Source: an uncultured virus (IMG/VR IMGVR_UViG_3300008255_004085) (Duplodnaviria; Heunggongvirae; Uroviricota; Caudoviricetes). From it: DNA of 64,000 bases. A program made the translations under genes and the position numbers. This document shows, piece after piece, positions 19,535 to 28,786 of this stretch. The notes below the pieces were generated by a model. The model made no database searches and was not told the origin of the DNA. It saw only the letters and a list, made by a program, of their open reading frames with translations. The stretch is from IMG/VR virus record IMGVR_UViG_3300008255_004085. One strand, written 5' to 3'. How positions within the stretch are numbered: position 1 is the first letter of the stretch; each line of letters opens with the position of its first letter.

Positions 19535-20242
19535 TTAATTCCTTTCGTAGAACAATTCCATAAATTTTTCTTCATTTGGGTCTGTGGTCCCCGTAAAGCT
19601 CAAATTTTTCTTTTGCATCCATGTTTCAGATTTTTTCATTAATTTAGAAAAATCTTTTCTAAATTTTTTAATCATTTGATCAATTTCTTCAACATACCCA
19701 AAAAATCTAATAGATTTTTTATCAATTAAATCTAAGTAAGTTTCAAAATACTGTTGATAAAAAAGCGCATTTTTTGCAAAAGTTATTGGGGATGTATTAA
19801 AAACAAATTGCCAAGCATTGAATTCATGTAAAAGTGTTTTTTTAAAATAAGAAATTGTTATTTTTATTTTTTCTTCTGTATTTCCTATTCTTCCAAATAT
19901 TTCATCCATTTTTTTAAGTTCAGTTTCAGTATTAAAAACTTCTCTTTCTCCCTGAAGAATATGACCTAATTCATGTAACCAAACTCCATAATCTTGCCCA
20001 TGATTATCTTTATTAATATTGATTCTTCCAAGAAGTCCACTCCAACTTTCAGGTGGGAAAAATTTTGTTCCTTCTTCTGGATTAAATGTATTTTCAAATC
20101 TTATAACTTTTTCAGGATTAAGAATATCAGCCTTTGTATCTTCTGTTTCAAATCTAGGAATAGAAATTAAGGTATGTCCTGTATCGGGGAAATGTAATGT
20201 TTCCATTCCATCAATTGTTTTTAGACATAATTTTAACCACAT
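19535..20242 (-). CDS. HExxH Zn-metallopeptidase-like protein (probable start MWLKLC)
   Basis: LHELGH with downstream HEFNAW; AGGAG before ATG 20242. Confidence 0.65.
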   Translation of the reverse strand: MWLKLCLKTIDGMETLHFPDTGHTLISIPRFETEDTKADILNPEKVIRFENTFNPEEGTKFFPPESWSGLLGRININKDNHGQDYGVWLHELGHILQGEREVFNTETELKKMDEIFGRIGNTEEKIKITISYFKKTLLHEFNAWQFVFNTSPITFAKNALFYQQYFETYLDLIDKKSIRFFGYVEEIDQMIKKFRKDFSKLMKKSETWMQKKNLSFTGTTDPNEEKFMELFYERN

Positions 20243-20243
20243 T

Positions 20244-20789
20244 TTAACTCCTAGATTTTTTCCCTTTAAGTTTAAATTTATGTTTTTTCCCGCCGGTTTT
20301 GAATTGAACAATTATTTCATCTGCTGTCCACGAGTATCTCCTTAACTCATCTATCTTTGCTTCATCTTCTTGGTTAATATATCTAAGGGTCACATGCGGG
20401 AGGAAATTATATCGTCTTTCAAATTCGTGCCAATGATTATTAATTGATTCGATCAAACTTGAATAAATTTCTGCACCATTTTCTACATTCACATTCGCTA
20501 CAAGCGTATTTTCACCATTGTCCATTAAACCAATCTCTGTGAACTTGCATTTTAATGGTGAAAATTTTGAGGCAACTTCTTCAACAGCCTTGAGAATTGA
20601 ATCTCTATCTTTTTGTTCCTTGACACCATTAGGAACAAAAACCAATGTCATATGTAGAAAATCATCCAAATCTTCAATGTGTTTCATTCTTTTATAAACA
20701 TTTTCTGGGAGATGAAATGCTATAAAAGCAGTTTCACCTGCTGGCCCTGGTTTTGATGAAATTTTTTTCATAGCAAATGAAAACCACAT
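20244..20789 (-). CDS. 2H phosphoesterase (2'-5' RNA ligase-like/Acb1-like)
   Basis: Two HxT motifs: LHMTLVF and PHVTLRY. Confidence 0.85.
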   Translation of the reverse strand: MWFSFAMKKISSKPGPAGETAFIAFHLPENVYKRMKHIEDLDDFLHMTLVFVPNGVKEQKDRDSILKAVEEVASKFSPLKCKFTEIGLMDNGENTLVANVNVENGAEIYSSLIESINNHWHEFERRYNFLPHVTLRYINQEDEAKIDELRRYSWTADEIIVQFKTGGKKHKFKLKGKKSRS

Positions 20790-20846
20790 TTTAAATTACC
20801 TCTTCATTCAGATATTTTTATTAAATAATCCATGTCAAATCCTTTT

Positions 20847-21380
20847 TTAACTAAATTCAAATCCTACTTGGACCGAGAAGTTTGTGTAAGTCCCGTCTTG
20901 TGCGCTTGTGTTTGGTTTGAATGAGACACCAATAAATTTGCTCCAATAGCTTGTTTCACCAGAAAGAAGTCCTGCGGAAAGTCCTAAATCAAATCCATCT
21001 GCTAAAGCATCAGCATCTTTTGATGCTGCTATTTTTGCGAACCCAACTTGATCACCAGTCGTTAAAGCGATTGCAGGACAAGTGACACCAGCGCTTTGAA
21101 CACTTGATAAACCTGCTGTCGCAGTATAAACATAGGTTGCTGTCCAATTATCTAGAGCTTCATTAGCATCATTAACAGTTGCGTTATAATCATTCCACCA
21201 AACCTTAACATTGTCTAAATCAAAAGAGGTGGCTCTTTCGAAACCAATTCTCAATGCAACCCCATTTGACCAGTTGTTTACGGTAACAGAATTCAAAGTG
21301 CAAACAGACCCAGAGCCTAATGTAGCAAAACTGGCTGTTTCCGCAATATATTTGTAGTATTTAACAGTTGGTGCTGCCAT
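20847..21380 (-). CDS. Ala/Thr/Ser-rich beta-rich protein, probably structural
   Basis: Composition, AGGAG RBS. Confidence 0.6.
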   Translation of the reverse strand: MAAPTVKYYKYIAETASFATLGSGSVCTLNSVTVNNWSNGVALRIGFERATSFDLDNVKVWWNDYNATVNDANEALDNWTATYVYTATAGLSSVQSAGVTCPAIALTTGDQVGFAKIAASKDADALADGFDLGLSAGLLSGETSYWSKFIGVSFKPNTSAQDGTYTNFSVQVGFEFS

Positions 21381-21400
21381 TACACATTCTCCTTTTTCAA

Positions 21401-22390
21401 TTAATTCACAGGGCTTATAACATAATCCATTGATTCTCTATAACGAACCCATGTCAATTCTAAAACTTTCTCGACTTCAATGCCCTTTCCCTTTTCTGAA
21501 TAGTTATTTATGAAATCTTTAAATTGATTTTGTTCAATTAGATCACCAAAAAAAATTCCTTGTTCAGAACAATTATGAAAATTGACACCACTCCATTGCG
21601 TTGTTATCATTTCATTTATCCATTCTTTAAAGATTATAAAAGTTTGATGAGTTAAAACAGTTTCACCTTTTAAATCTTTAAATTCAATTAAATCATCAAA
21701 TTTAAGTTTCTCTTGTCTCTGTTTCTTTTCTTCGCTGATCCCTTCTACATAACCTTTATTCCCTGGATAACTTAAATCATGCCCTAAAAATGCAATTCTT
21801 CTCAAACCCATCCAAATTGCTGCTTGGAGACCGATTGCACTTGTTAAAACACCTGGAATTAGAGCGCCTTTTTTACCAACAATTCTTGCAATACAACGAC
21901 AAGCATGAGATTCAACATCAGCAAGATTATACCAAAGAATTCTTGCTTTTGCCCTTCTTGCTTCATCAAATGTTAAAGGGTGAACAATAGAGGCCATAAA
22001 AACAAAAGAAGAAGAGACATCAAGTCCTTCAAAGTTTTTTGATTGATTTTGACCAGGATCACAACAAACTATCAAATTAGGTTCAATCCCATTTTTCTTC
22101 AAAACTGGCAAAGCAGCATCAACGGAGATAATGAAAAGATTCTTTTCATTTTTTTTCAGAATTTCTAAATGATTTGTTAAAGATGGTCCAGCACCAACAA
22201 CAACCGCCGAGACATCTCTAAAATCTTTTAAAACATCATTGAAAACCATAATCCCAGGTTGACTCAAAGGGTATTTCCAAAGATGTCCAAAATTTTCTAG
22301 ATAAATATCGTTCAGCTTGTTTGCTTTTTGTTTATAATCCAATCTTAATTCTTCAAGATCTAAATTTTGCATGATTAGATTATATCTCAA
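21401..22390 (-). CDS. DUF115/Maf (motility-associated factor glycosyltransferase-like) protein
   Basis: AVVVGAGPSL, IISVDAAL, GIEPNL..CDP and MG...IAFLGHDLSY. Confidence 0.85.
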   Translation of the reverse strand: MRYNLIMQNLDLEELRLDYKQKANKLNDIYLENFGHLWKYPLSQPGIMVFNDVLKDFRDVSAVVVGAGPSLTNHLEILKKNEKNLFIISVDAALPVLKKNGIEPNLIVCCDPGQNQSKNFEGLDVSSSFVFMASIVHPLTFDEARRAKARILWYNLADVESHACRCIARIVGKKGALIPGVLTSAIGLQAAIWMGLRRIAFLGHDLSYPGNKGYVEGISEEKKQRQEKLKFDDLIEFKDLKGETVLTHQTFIIFKEWINEMITTQWSGVNFHNCSEQGIFFGDLIEQNQFKDFINNYSEKGKGIEVEKVLELTWVRYRESMDYVISPVN

Positions 22391-22397
22391 TTTTAGA

Positions 22398-23405
22398 TCA
22401 TTCTTCTAAATTTTCTGGTTCTGACAAAGAAATTCCCTTTTTAAATCCTGGCTCTTGCAATTCGGACAATGAGATACTTGAACTGTTTAGTGTCGGAATC
22501 CATCTGATTTCGAATGTTAGAAATATACTTGTTGGGATGATTAATGATGAACTTTCATCTTCTAATTGATGAACTTTAATCGCACGCATTGATAAATCAT
22601 TAAAATTATCTAAATATTCTTTTCTTTTCAATGGATTTAATTTATTTGATTTATTTTTTATAAATACCATTTCAAAATCAAAAATAAAAGAGAGACTGTT
22701 AAGTGATAGATATTCGTCTGGTGCTTTGATTACCATGAACGCTTTTGAGTTTTTATTTGCAAGAAACGAAGAATTTCTTTTTGGACTGATTTTTTCAAAA
22801 ATAGAATTTCTAAATTTATTCTTAAGATTCAGAAATTCATTTTCTGTTCGCTTAATTTTAATGAAATTAATAAACAATTTAAAATGATCTGATATGAAAT
22901 TATATTGCAAAATTGAATCTAAATAATATTGAAGCCTTTCATTTGGAAGAGTCACCTCTTTTGTCGTAATTCCTGATAAAATAGGTGACCAACCAGGGAA
23001 TTTTTGTTCAATTCTTTTAACTGTTTCATCTGCAATCTCTACCATAAATTCATATAATAATTTATGGGGAATTAAATCAATAATATTATGTTTCTTTGTT
23101 AGTGTTTTCAAAACATTTTCTAATTCTATTATTGATACATCTAAATATTTTGCAATTGATTTTAAGAATAAATTAATTAAGAATAAGTCACTACTAAAAT
23201 TATCTGGTTGATCTTGTGTTATTATTTCATTTAAATCTATTTCATAATTAGAATGTTCTATTGGGAGATTGGGATAAACCATCATTTTATCCAAATAATC
23301 TTCTCCGTTATCTTCTTCTTGTGAAAGTTTAAACATCAGGAGATCACTTTTTTTGTGATCTCCTGATGAATCTAGTTTTTCACTTTTTATAATCAACTCT
23401 TTCAT
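22398..23405 (-). CDS. hypothetical protein with N-terminal LDxxG...KLSQ leader
   Basis: MKELIIKSEKLDSSGDHKKSDLLMFKLSQ. Confidence 0.7.
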   Translation of the reverse strand: MKELIIKSEKLDSSGDHKKSDLLMFKLSQEEDNGEDYLDKMMVYPNLPIEHSNYEIDLNEIITQDQPDNFSSDLFLINLFLKSIAKYLDVSIIELENVLKTLTKKHNIIDLIPHKLLYEFMVEIADETVKRIEQKFPGWSPILSGITTKEVTLPNERLQYYLDSILQYNFISDHFKLFINFIKIKRTENEFLNLKNKFRNSIFEKISPKRNSSFLANKNSKAFMVIKAPDEYLSLNSLSFIFDFEMVFIKNKSNKLNPLKRKEYLDNFNDLSMRAIKVHQLEDESSSLIIPTSIFLTFEIRWIPTLNSSSISLSELQEPGFKKGISLSEPENLEE

Positions 23406-23415
23406 TTGTTGTTAA

Positions 23416-25851
23416 TTATAGAAGATTTGCTGCCATCCCTGCAAGTTTTGACCTTTCTGATTTTTCAAGTTCGACACAACCAAAGATTGATGTGTTTTTG
23501 AAAGAATTAATCAGATGAACGATTCCACAGCTTTCTTTGTCGATGTAAGGAGTATCAATTTGAGAAGGATCAGCGAGTGCGATAATTTTAGAACCTTCTC
23601 CTGCTCTTGTTAAAATCGTTTTAACATCATTTTTTGTGATGTTCTGCAATTCGTCAACAATTATCCAAGTATTAGGGATTGATCTTCCACGAATATATGT
23701 CATGGCTTCAAGTTCAAGAACTCTTTGATCCATAAGGTCATTGACATAATCAACACCTTTTTTCCCAGATTTTTTTGCAAGATAAGCTATGTTGTCAAAA
23801 TAAGGTGCAAGCCAAGGAGAAAGTTTTTCTGTTTTATCACCTGGGAGAAACCCTATGTCTTTGCCACCAACAGGGATTATTGGTTTTAAACAAACCATTT
23901 TTTCATAAAGAGAATCTTTCAAAATTTGCTCTAAACCAGCAGCAAGAGAAAGAAGTGTATTATGGGTCAATATAAAATCATCAGTCACATATAGATGATC
24001 TTCAGAATCTATAAGTATACATTTTGCTTCTTTTTTACCAATATATTCAACTTCTATTATATATTTTTTAGGAGTATATTTGGTTCTAGGTGTATATCTT
24101 TCTGCTTTTCTAGATAATAAAAATGGATTTATATTTGGATCCATTGAGATCAAAACAACATAACAATCTTGACTAATTCTATATTCACCATTATAAGTAT
24201 ATTTGGGGTGTTTAATTGTTATAGTTGTTTTGCCACCAAAAGATTTTACTAAAAATGAAACATCTTCAGCAAGTTGTTTGGAAATAGTATAAAATACAAC
24301 ATCTTTCCCATTTTTAGAACAATAACCATCTGTATCCATCAATCCTCTTAAAATATTTAATCTAATATCTATAGAATTATATTTATAAATTTCTGGTATA
24401 AATTTTTCATTACTGTATTTATTCATTAAAAGATCTTTTAATGCATTAATTAATGGATTTATAATATTTGGATTTCTAGGACTATTTTTAACTAATCTAT
24501 AATCATAATTATCTTCTTTACATTTAACTATTTTCATAGAATCTTCTAAATTATTATTAATATAATCTATTATTTCTTGATCTGATGAAGACATATATAC
24601 TGTGTGTGTTGTTAAATTTCCATTTCCTAATAATAAACCTAGTAAATATGGATCAACTGGAACATCTTTTTTATTAAATTCAATAGGATCAACTGTTGGA
24701 ATAGAGTGGTTTTTATGAGAACCCCCTCTTACATATAGGGAATTCATTATTTCTTCTAAATTTTTAACTGTTCCATTTTGATGTTTAGATCTGTCGTTAT
24801 ATGTTTCAGTATACCATAGATGTTCTTTACAACATTCTGTTTCTGACCCATCAGAAAATTTAACTTTATAAATATCTTTCATCCCTTGTGGAAAAATATT
24901 TAATACTTTTTTAGATTTCCCATCACTACCAATAACATAATCATCTATTTTTATATCTCCCATCTTAACCCATCCATCTGGAGTTAGAATGTTAGCATTA
25001 AGGGGTTGGGCTTTTCCGGTTCCAGCATTTCCAGTTAATGCAACAAGTTGAATCTTTTCATCAAGCAAAAGATCTAAAGCCATTTGTTGACAAGCATTTT
25101 TAGCTTTAATCCCATAAGTCTGCTCTGGGTTTCTAACAAGTTTTAGCTTATCCCCAACCCTTCTAGCTATTGCAGAAGAACTTTCGCCGCCCTTGATGAT
25201 CACAAATTGATTTTGAAACATATAATTTAAATCTTCTGGAATATCTATGTTCTTTTCAGAATATAAATCAGAAATCAAAGTCCCAGGATCTTGATAGTAA
25301 TCTTTTACTTTTCCAAGATAAAAACTATCTTCTTCAAGATCTTTAATTCTATCACTTTCGTAATTCTCGGCGTTCACACCAAGCGCATCTGATTTAATTC
25401 TCATACCAATGTCTTTACTAACCAAAGCAATAGAAGAATATTTATTTTTATTTTTAGATATAAAATCTTTTGCAATATTAATTATGATATTGTCAGCAAG
25501 AATTTTACCATCATTGATCTCTTTAAAGATTTTATCTGTTGAACCTATGATAAATAATTTTCCACCGTTACCCAGGTCTAATCCATTAAATTTTTTATAT
25601 TTTTCTCTTAAAGCATCAATTAATCTAATTGCTTCTCTAGCAGATCTGCCTCTGCCATTTGGCGCTTTTCTAAGACCGTCTACTTCATGAATAACAACAA
25701 ATGGAATTAGAACGTCATTATTATCAAAATTAAATAAACAATTCGGATCATGAATAATAACACTTGAATCTAAAATAAAAGCCTTCTTGTTGTTTGCTGT
25801 AATTGAATCAACGGACAGATTGTCTGGATACAGAAGTTGTTCTTGTTGCAT
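23416..25851 (-). CDS. phoH: PIN-PhoH (YlaK/PhoH2-like) protein containing an intein
   Basis: PIN motifs ILDSSVIIHDP and VSKD..MRIK; GNAGTGK|intein|T; YIRGRS, DELQN, TRAGEGSK and RS.LA. Confidence 0.92.
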   Translation of the reverse strand: MQQEQLLYPDNLSVDSITANNKKAFILDSSVIIHDPNCLFNFDNNDVLIPFVVIHEVDGLRKAPNGRGRSAREAIRLIDALREKYKKFNGLDLGNGGKLFIIGSTDKIFKEINDGKILADNIIINIAKDFISKNKNKYSSIALVSKDIGMRIKSDALGVNAENYESDRIKDLEEDSFYLGKVKDYYQDPGTLISDLYSEKNIDIPEDLNYMFQNQFVIIKGGESSSAIARRVGDKLKLVRNPEQTYGIKAKNACQQMALDLLLDEKIQLVALTGNAGTGKAQPLNANILTPDGWVKMGDIKIDDYVIGSDGKSKKVLNIFPQGMKDIYKVKFSDGSETECCKEHLWYTETYNDRSKHQNGTVKNLEEIMNSLYVRGGSHKNHSIPTVDPIEFNKKDVPVDPYLLGLLLGNGNLTTHTVYMSSSDQEIIDYINNNLEDSMKIVKCKEDNYDYRLVKNSPRNPNIINPLINALKDLLMNKYSNEKFIPEIYKYNSIDIRLNILRGLMDTDGYCSKNGKDVVFYTISKQLAEDVSFLVKSFGGKTTITIKHPKYTYNGEYRISQDCYVVLISMDPNINPFLLSRKAERYTPRTKYTPKKYIIEVEYIGKKEAKCILIDSEDHLYVTDDFILTHNTLLSLAAGLEQILKDSLYEKMVCLKPIIPVGGKDIGFLPGDKTEKLSPWLAPYFDNIAYLAKKSGKKGVDYVNDLMDQRVLELEAMTYIRGRSIPNTWIIVDELQNITKNDVKTILTRAGEGSKIIALADPSQIDTPYIDKESCGIVHLINSFKNTSIFGCVELEKSERSKLAGMAANLL
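23959..25011 (-). mobile_element. 351-aa class 3 (Ala1, W-C-T) intein with LAGLIDADG endonuclease domain
   Basis: Starts AQPL, has EHLW and KCILID, ends THN/T; contains LLGLLLGNG and LRGLMDTDG; inserted in Walker A. Confidence 0.9.
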
Positions 25852-26021
25852 AGTTATGGTTACTCCTTGGTTTTAATAGGATAATTCTTGATAGAGGAAA
25901 AGTTAAGTTCAAAATCAAAAGGGGTAAATCTAAACAAAAGGTTCGGAATAATCTCACAGAGCATTTCATTCTCCTCTGATTAACTATTCTGAACCCTAAA
26001 AATTTATACCTTTTTGGTTTA

Positions 26022-27707
26022 TCATTTTTTGTTTGATTTGTTTAAATCATTCAAAACTAATTCTTTAATCTTTTCTAAAACATCTTGTGAAATATCTACT
26101 TTGTTAAGCAAATCATTAATTTTTGAAAAGATGATTTCTGGTTTAAGAATCAAAATTTCTTTATTTAATTCAGAAATAGCATCACCAGCATCCCGAGCAG
26201 ATTTAGCAGAATAACGAATTGCATCAGCAACATCATTGGTTGGAGTTATTTCTTTTCTCTTAATCCTTTTATCAGATTTAATTATATTTTTTTTCATTTC
26301 TAGAAGTGAATCTAATTTGTCTTTTAGATCATTGCAATCTTTACTCTCTTCAATCCATTCTTTGTTTTTATATGGGTCTATATGATCTGTCCTTAAATTT
26401 TTTTCTATCTCAATCAAATATTCTTCAATTTCAATAACTCTTTTATTTAATCTGTTGAAAATTCTTTCAAGTTTGTTTAGCAATAAAAAAGAATTTTTTG
26501 ATTCTTTGCCCCAGGAAAGTTCTTCTTGTTTTTCTTGTTTGTATGTCTCAAATTCTTGATTTATAAATAAATCTCTTGGTTTTAAATATTTGTTTGCTTT
26601 TATTTTATCATCAAAAGCATTTTCTAATTTTTCTGCTTCTTTTTCAAATTTATTTAAATCTAAATAATTAAAAACATTAAATAATCTCGATATTTTTAAT
26701 GTTTTTAATTCATTGTTTGTTTCTTCGAATTTGTTTTTATCAACAGACAAATCAATCATCTCGGCTTCAATTTGAAATTCATCTTCACCAAAAGGAAGTT
26801 CTGTCTGTTCGTTTGGAATTAATCTTTTTATTTTATCAATATGTCCTTCGGGTTCAATTTCTTTTTCAGAATAATTTTCTAAATAAAAATCTAACAGATC
26901 ATATTCATAAAGAAGACACTTAAAATTAATTTCAACTTGTTCTTCATATTTTCTTGGTTCTTTGGACGATCTAAATTCATTGAAATGAGTTAATTTTGAT
27001 CTTTCTTTTAAAGAACGAATCAACATCATTTTTCTAATTTCATTAGATTTTTTATAATCAATCTTTCCAACAATTCTTTTGTTTGAAAAGAATTGTTCTA
27101 ATATTTTATATGCTGGAATTGTTTCATTTTTTTCAAAATCAAAATTAACAAAAGCACAAGAGGGATTTAAAACTCTTTCAATTGTTAAAATATCATAGTT
27201 ATTATCTATTTCAATAATTTTATTTTTAAATTCTTCTGCGTGTTTATTTTTATGTAAAACATAAAATGTTTCTAATTTATCTAATAAATTAACTAAACTC
27301 ATTGATTTTATTTTATTTTCAATTGCCCATTTTAAACTCATTGGAAAAATTTTCATAGCAAATGAATTGTGTTCACTAAAAAATTCATTAATTTCTGTTT
27401 TTAGATCAAGGATTTCTTTTTTTGCTTGTTCTGGAATATCAATTGTATCAATCAGTTGGTATTTATAACCTTCGTTTGAACACAATTTATCATTCAGTCT
27501 TATAAAACTTTGAATTCTTGGTTCATAGTAATATTTTGATTGTGAAAACTCACCCTTTTCATTTAGCTCACTAAAATCACTAAAATCACTAAAATCACTA
27601 AAATCACTGAACTCGTTTGGTTTTTCTTGTGAATAAATTTTTCCAACATCTAAAGATTTTTCTTTTCTTTTAAATGGATTTCTGTTTAATACATCGTCTG
27701 ATAACAT
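26022..27707 (-). CDS. large charged/coiled-coil hypothetical protein
   Basis: 561-aa ORF; FSD x4 from a 9-nt repeat at ~27568-27609. Confidence 0.75.
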   Translation of the reverse strand: MLSDDVLNRNPFKRKEKSLDVGKIYSQEKPNEFSDFSDFSDFSDFSELNEKGEFSQSKYYYEPRIQSFIRLNDKLCSNEGYKYQLIDTIDIPEQAKKEILDLKTEINEFFSEHNSFAMKIFPMSLKWAIENKIKSMSLVNLLDKLETFYVLHKNKHAEEFKNKIIEIDNNYDILTIERVLNPSCAFVNFDFEKNETIPAYKILEQFFSNKRIVGKIDYKKSNEIRKMMLIRSLKERSKLTHFNEFRSSKEPRKYEEQVEINFKCLLYEYDLLDFYLENYSEKEIEPEGHIDKIKRLIPNEQTELPFGEDEFQIEAEMIDLSVDKNKFEETNNELKTLKISRLFNVFNYLDLNKFEKEAEKLENAFDDKIKANKYLKPRDLFINQEFETYKQEKQEELSWGKESKNSFLLLNKLERIFNRLNKRVIEIEEYLIEIEKNLRTDHIDPYKNKEWIEESKDCNDLKDKLDSLLEMKKNIIKSDKRIKRKEITPTNDVADAIRYSAKSARDAGDAISELNKEILILKPEIIFSKINDLLNKVDISQDVLEKIKELVLNDLNKSNKK

Positions 27708-27754
27708 CGCCCTTCTCCTTATTTTCTTAATTATATATTTATTTTTTGGAGTTT

Positions 27755-28669
27755 TTAGGATTTCCCAAGAAATTCTTTTAATTTTTTAATTTTTTCATTA
27801 TCTTCTGGTTTTTTAATCGAAACTGTCTGTTTCTTTTCTTCTTCTTTCTCTTCTTTAAATGGCCGAAGAGTTCCATCGATATATTCTTGAATTTGGCTTT
27901 GAAAAATATCTGATTCTATGAAGTCGATAGCATCTTGGAGAGAAGTCCCTTCGAAAAGCTCAATATCAACAGTCTTTGCGTTTTGCATTTTCCCTTTTAG
28001 GATATAGATCAAATTGCCTTCTTTGTCAAAGAAGCCTTGGTGTGGGTCTCTTTCATAGACAATCGCTGCACTTGGGAAAAAGATGTAGATTTTGAATGGA
28101 AGACTTTGTTTCAGTTTCTCGCCACTTGTTAATCGAAGGACTTCTTCTGAATCTTTAACAATTGTCAAAGCTAACAATTTTTCTGCTCCTTCGATTTCTA
28201 TTTCCCAAATATAGTTGTGTGATGCTTCGTCATTGGGGAAAAAACTAACAGTATGATTTTGTTTTATCTCTGACATCATTTTTAAGAACAAATTGGTCCC
28301 AACTTCATTTTCAAGGCTTTCTTTTTGGAAGATGCCTATATTCTCCCAATTAACAATAACTCTTTGCCCTGCCTCTGGAAGTTCACCTTTCAGATAAATC
28401 TTTTTCAGAACATCTGTTGAAAGAATTGTGTGTGCAAAAACGATTTCTTTAAATTCTGATTGTTTTTGTTCTTTTTCTTCTCCTGAAAATTTATCTGGGT
28501 GAACATCAAAGATTCTTTTCCGATAAGCAGATTCGAGAACTTTTTTGTTGCTAATTTTTTCAGCAGTTGTTTTTCCTTCTAAAAGATCATTTTTTGAGAT
28601 TCCAAGAACTTCAAAATAATCTTTTGAAAAATCTATTTGATTGATAAGATTTGAAAGTGTGTTTGTCAT
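27755..28669 (-). CDS. J-domain protein with uncharacterised C-terminus
   Basis: DYFEVLGI, AYRK, HPDK and FKEI..AH.IL. Confidence 0.8.
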   Translation of the reverse strand: MTNTLSNLINQIDFSKDYFEVLGISKNDLLEGKTTAEKISNKKVLESAYRKRIFDVHPDKFSGEEKEQKQSEFKEIVFAHTILSTDVLKKIYLKGELPEAGQRVIVNWENIGIFQKESLENEVGTNLFLKMMSEIKQNHTVSFFPNDEASHNYIWEIEIEGAEKLLALTIVKDSEEVLRLTSGEKLKQSLPFKIYIFFPSAAIVYERDPHQGFFDKEGNLIYILKGKMQNAKTVDIELFEGTSLQDAIDFIESDIFQSQIQEYIDGTLRPFKEEKEEEKKQTVSIKKPEDNEKIKKLKEFLGKS

Positions 28670-28733
28670 TTTTTCTCCTGATTCAATTCAATCTAATCTA
28701 ATCTAATTATATCTAAAAGCTTCACCCAAAAAC

Positions 28734-28763
28734 AAAAACAGTCAGGAATTCCTGACTGTTTTT
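28734..28763. terminator. Perfect 30-bp palindrome, probably a bidirectional intrinsic terminator
   Basis: aaaaacagtcaggaattcctgactgttttt, just after the 28787..30580 stop. Confidence 0.75.
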
Positions 28764-28786
28764 AAAATTACGCTGTTGTTTTTAAA

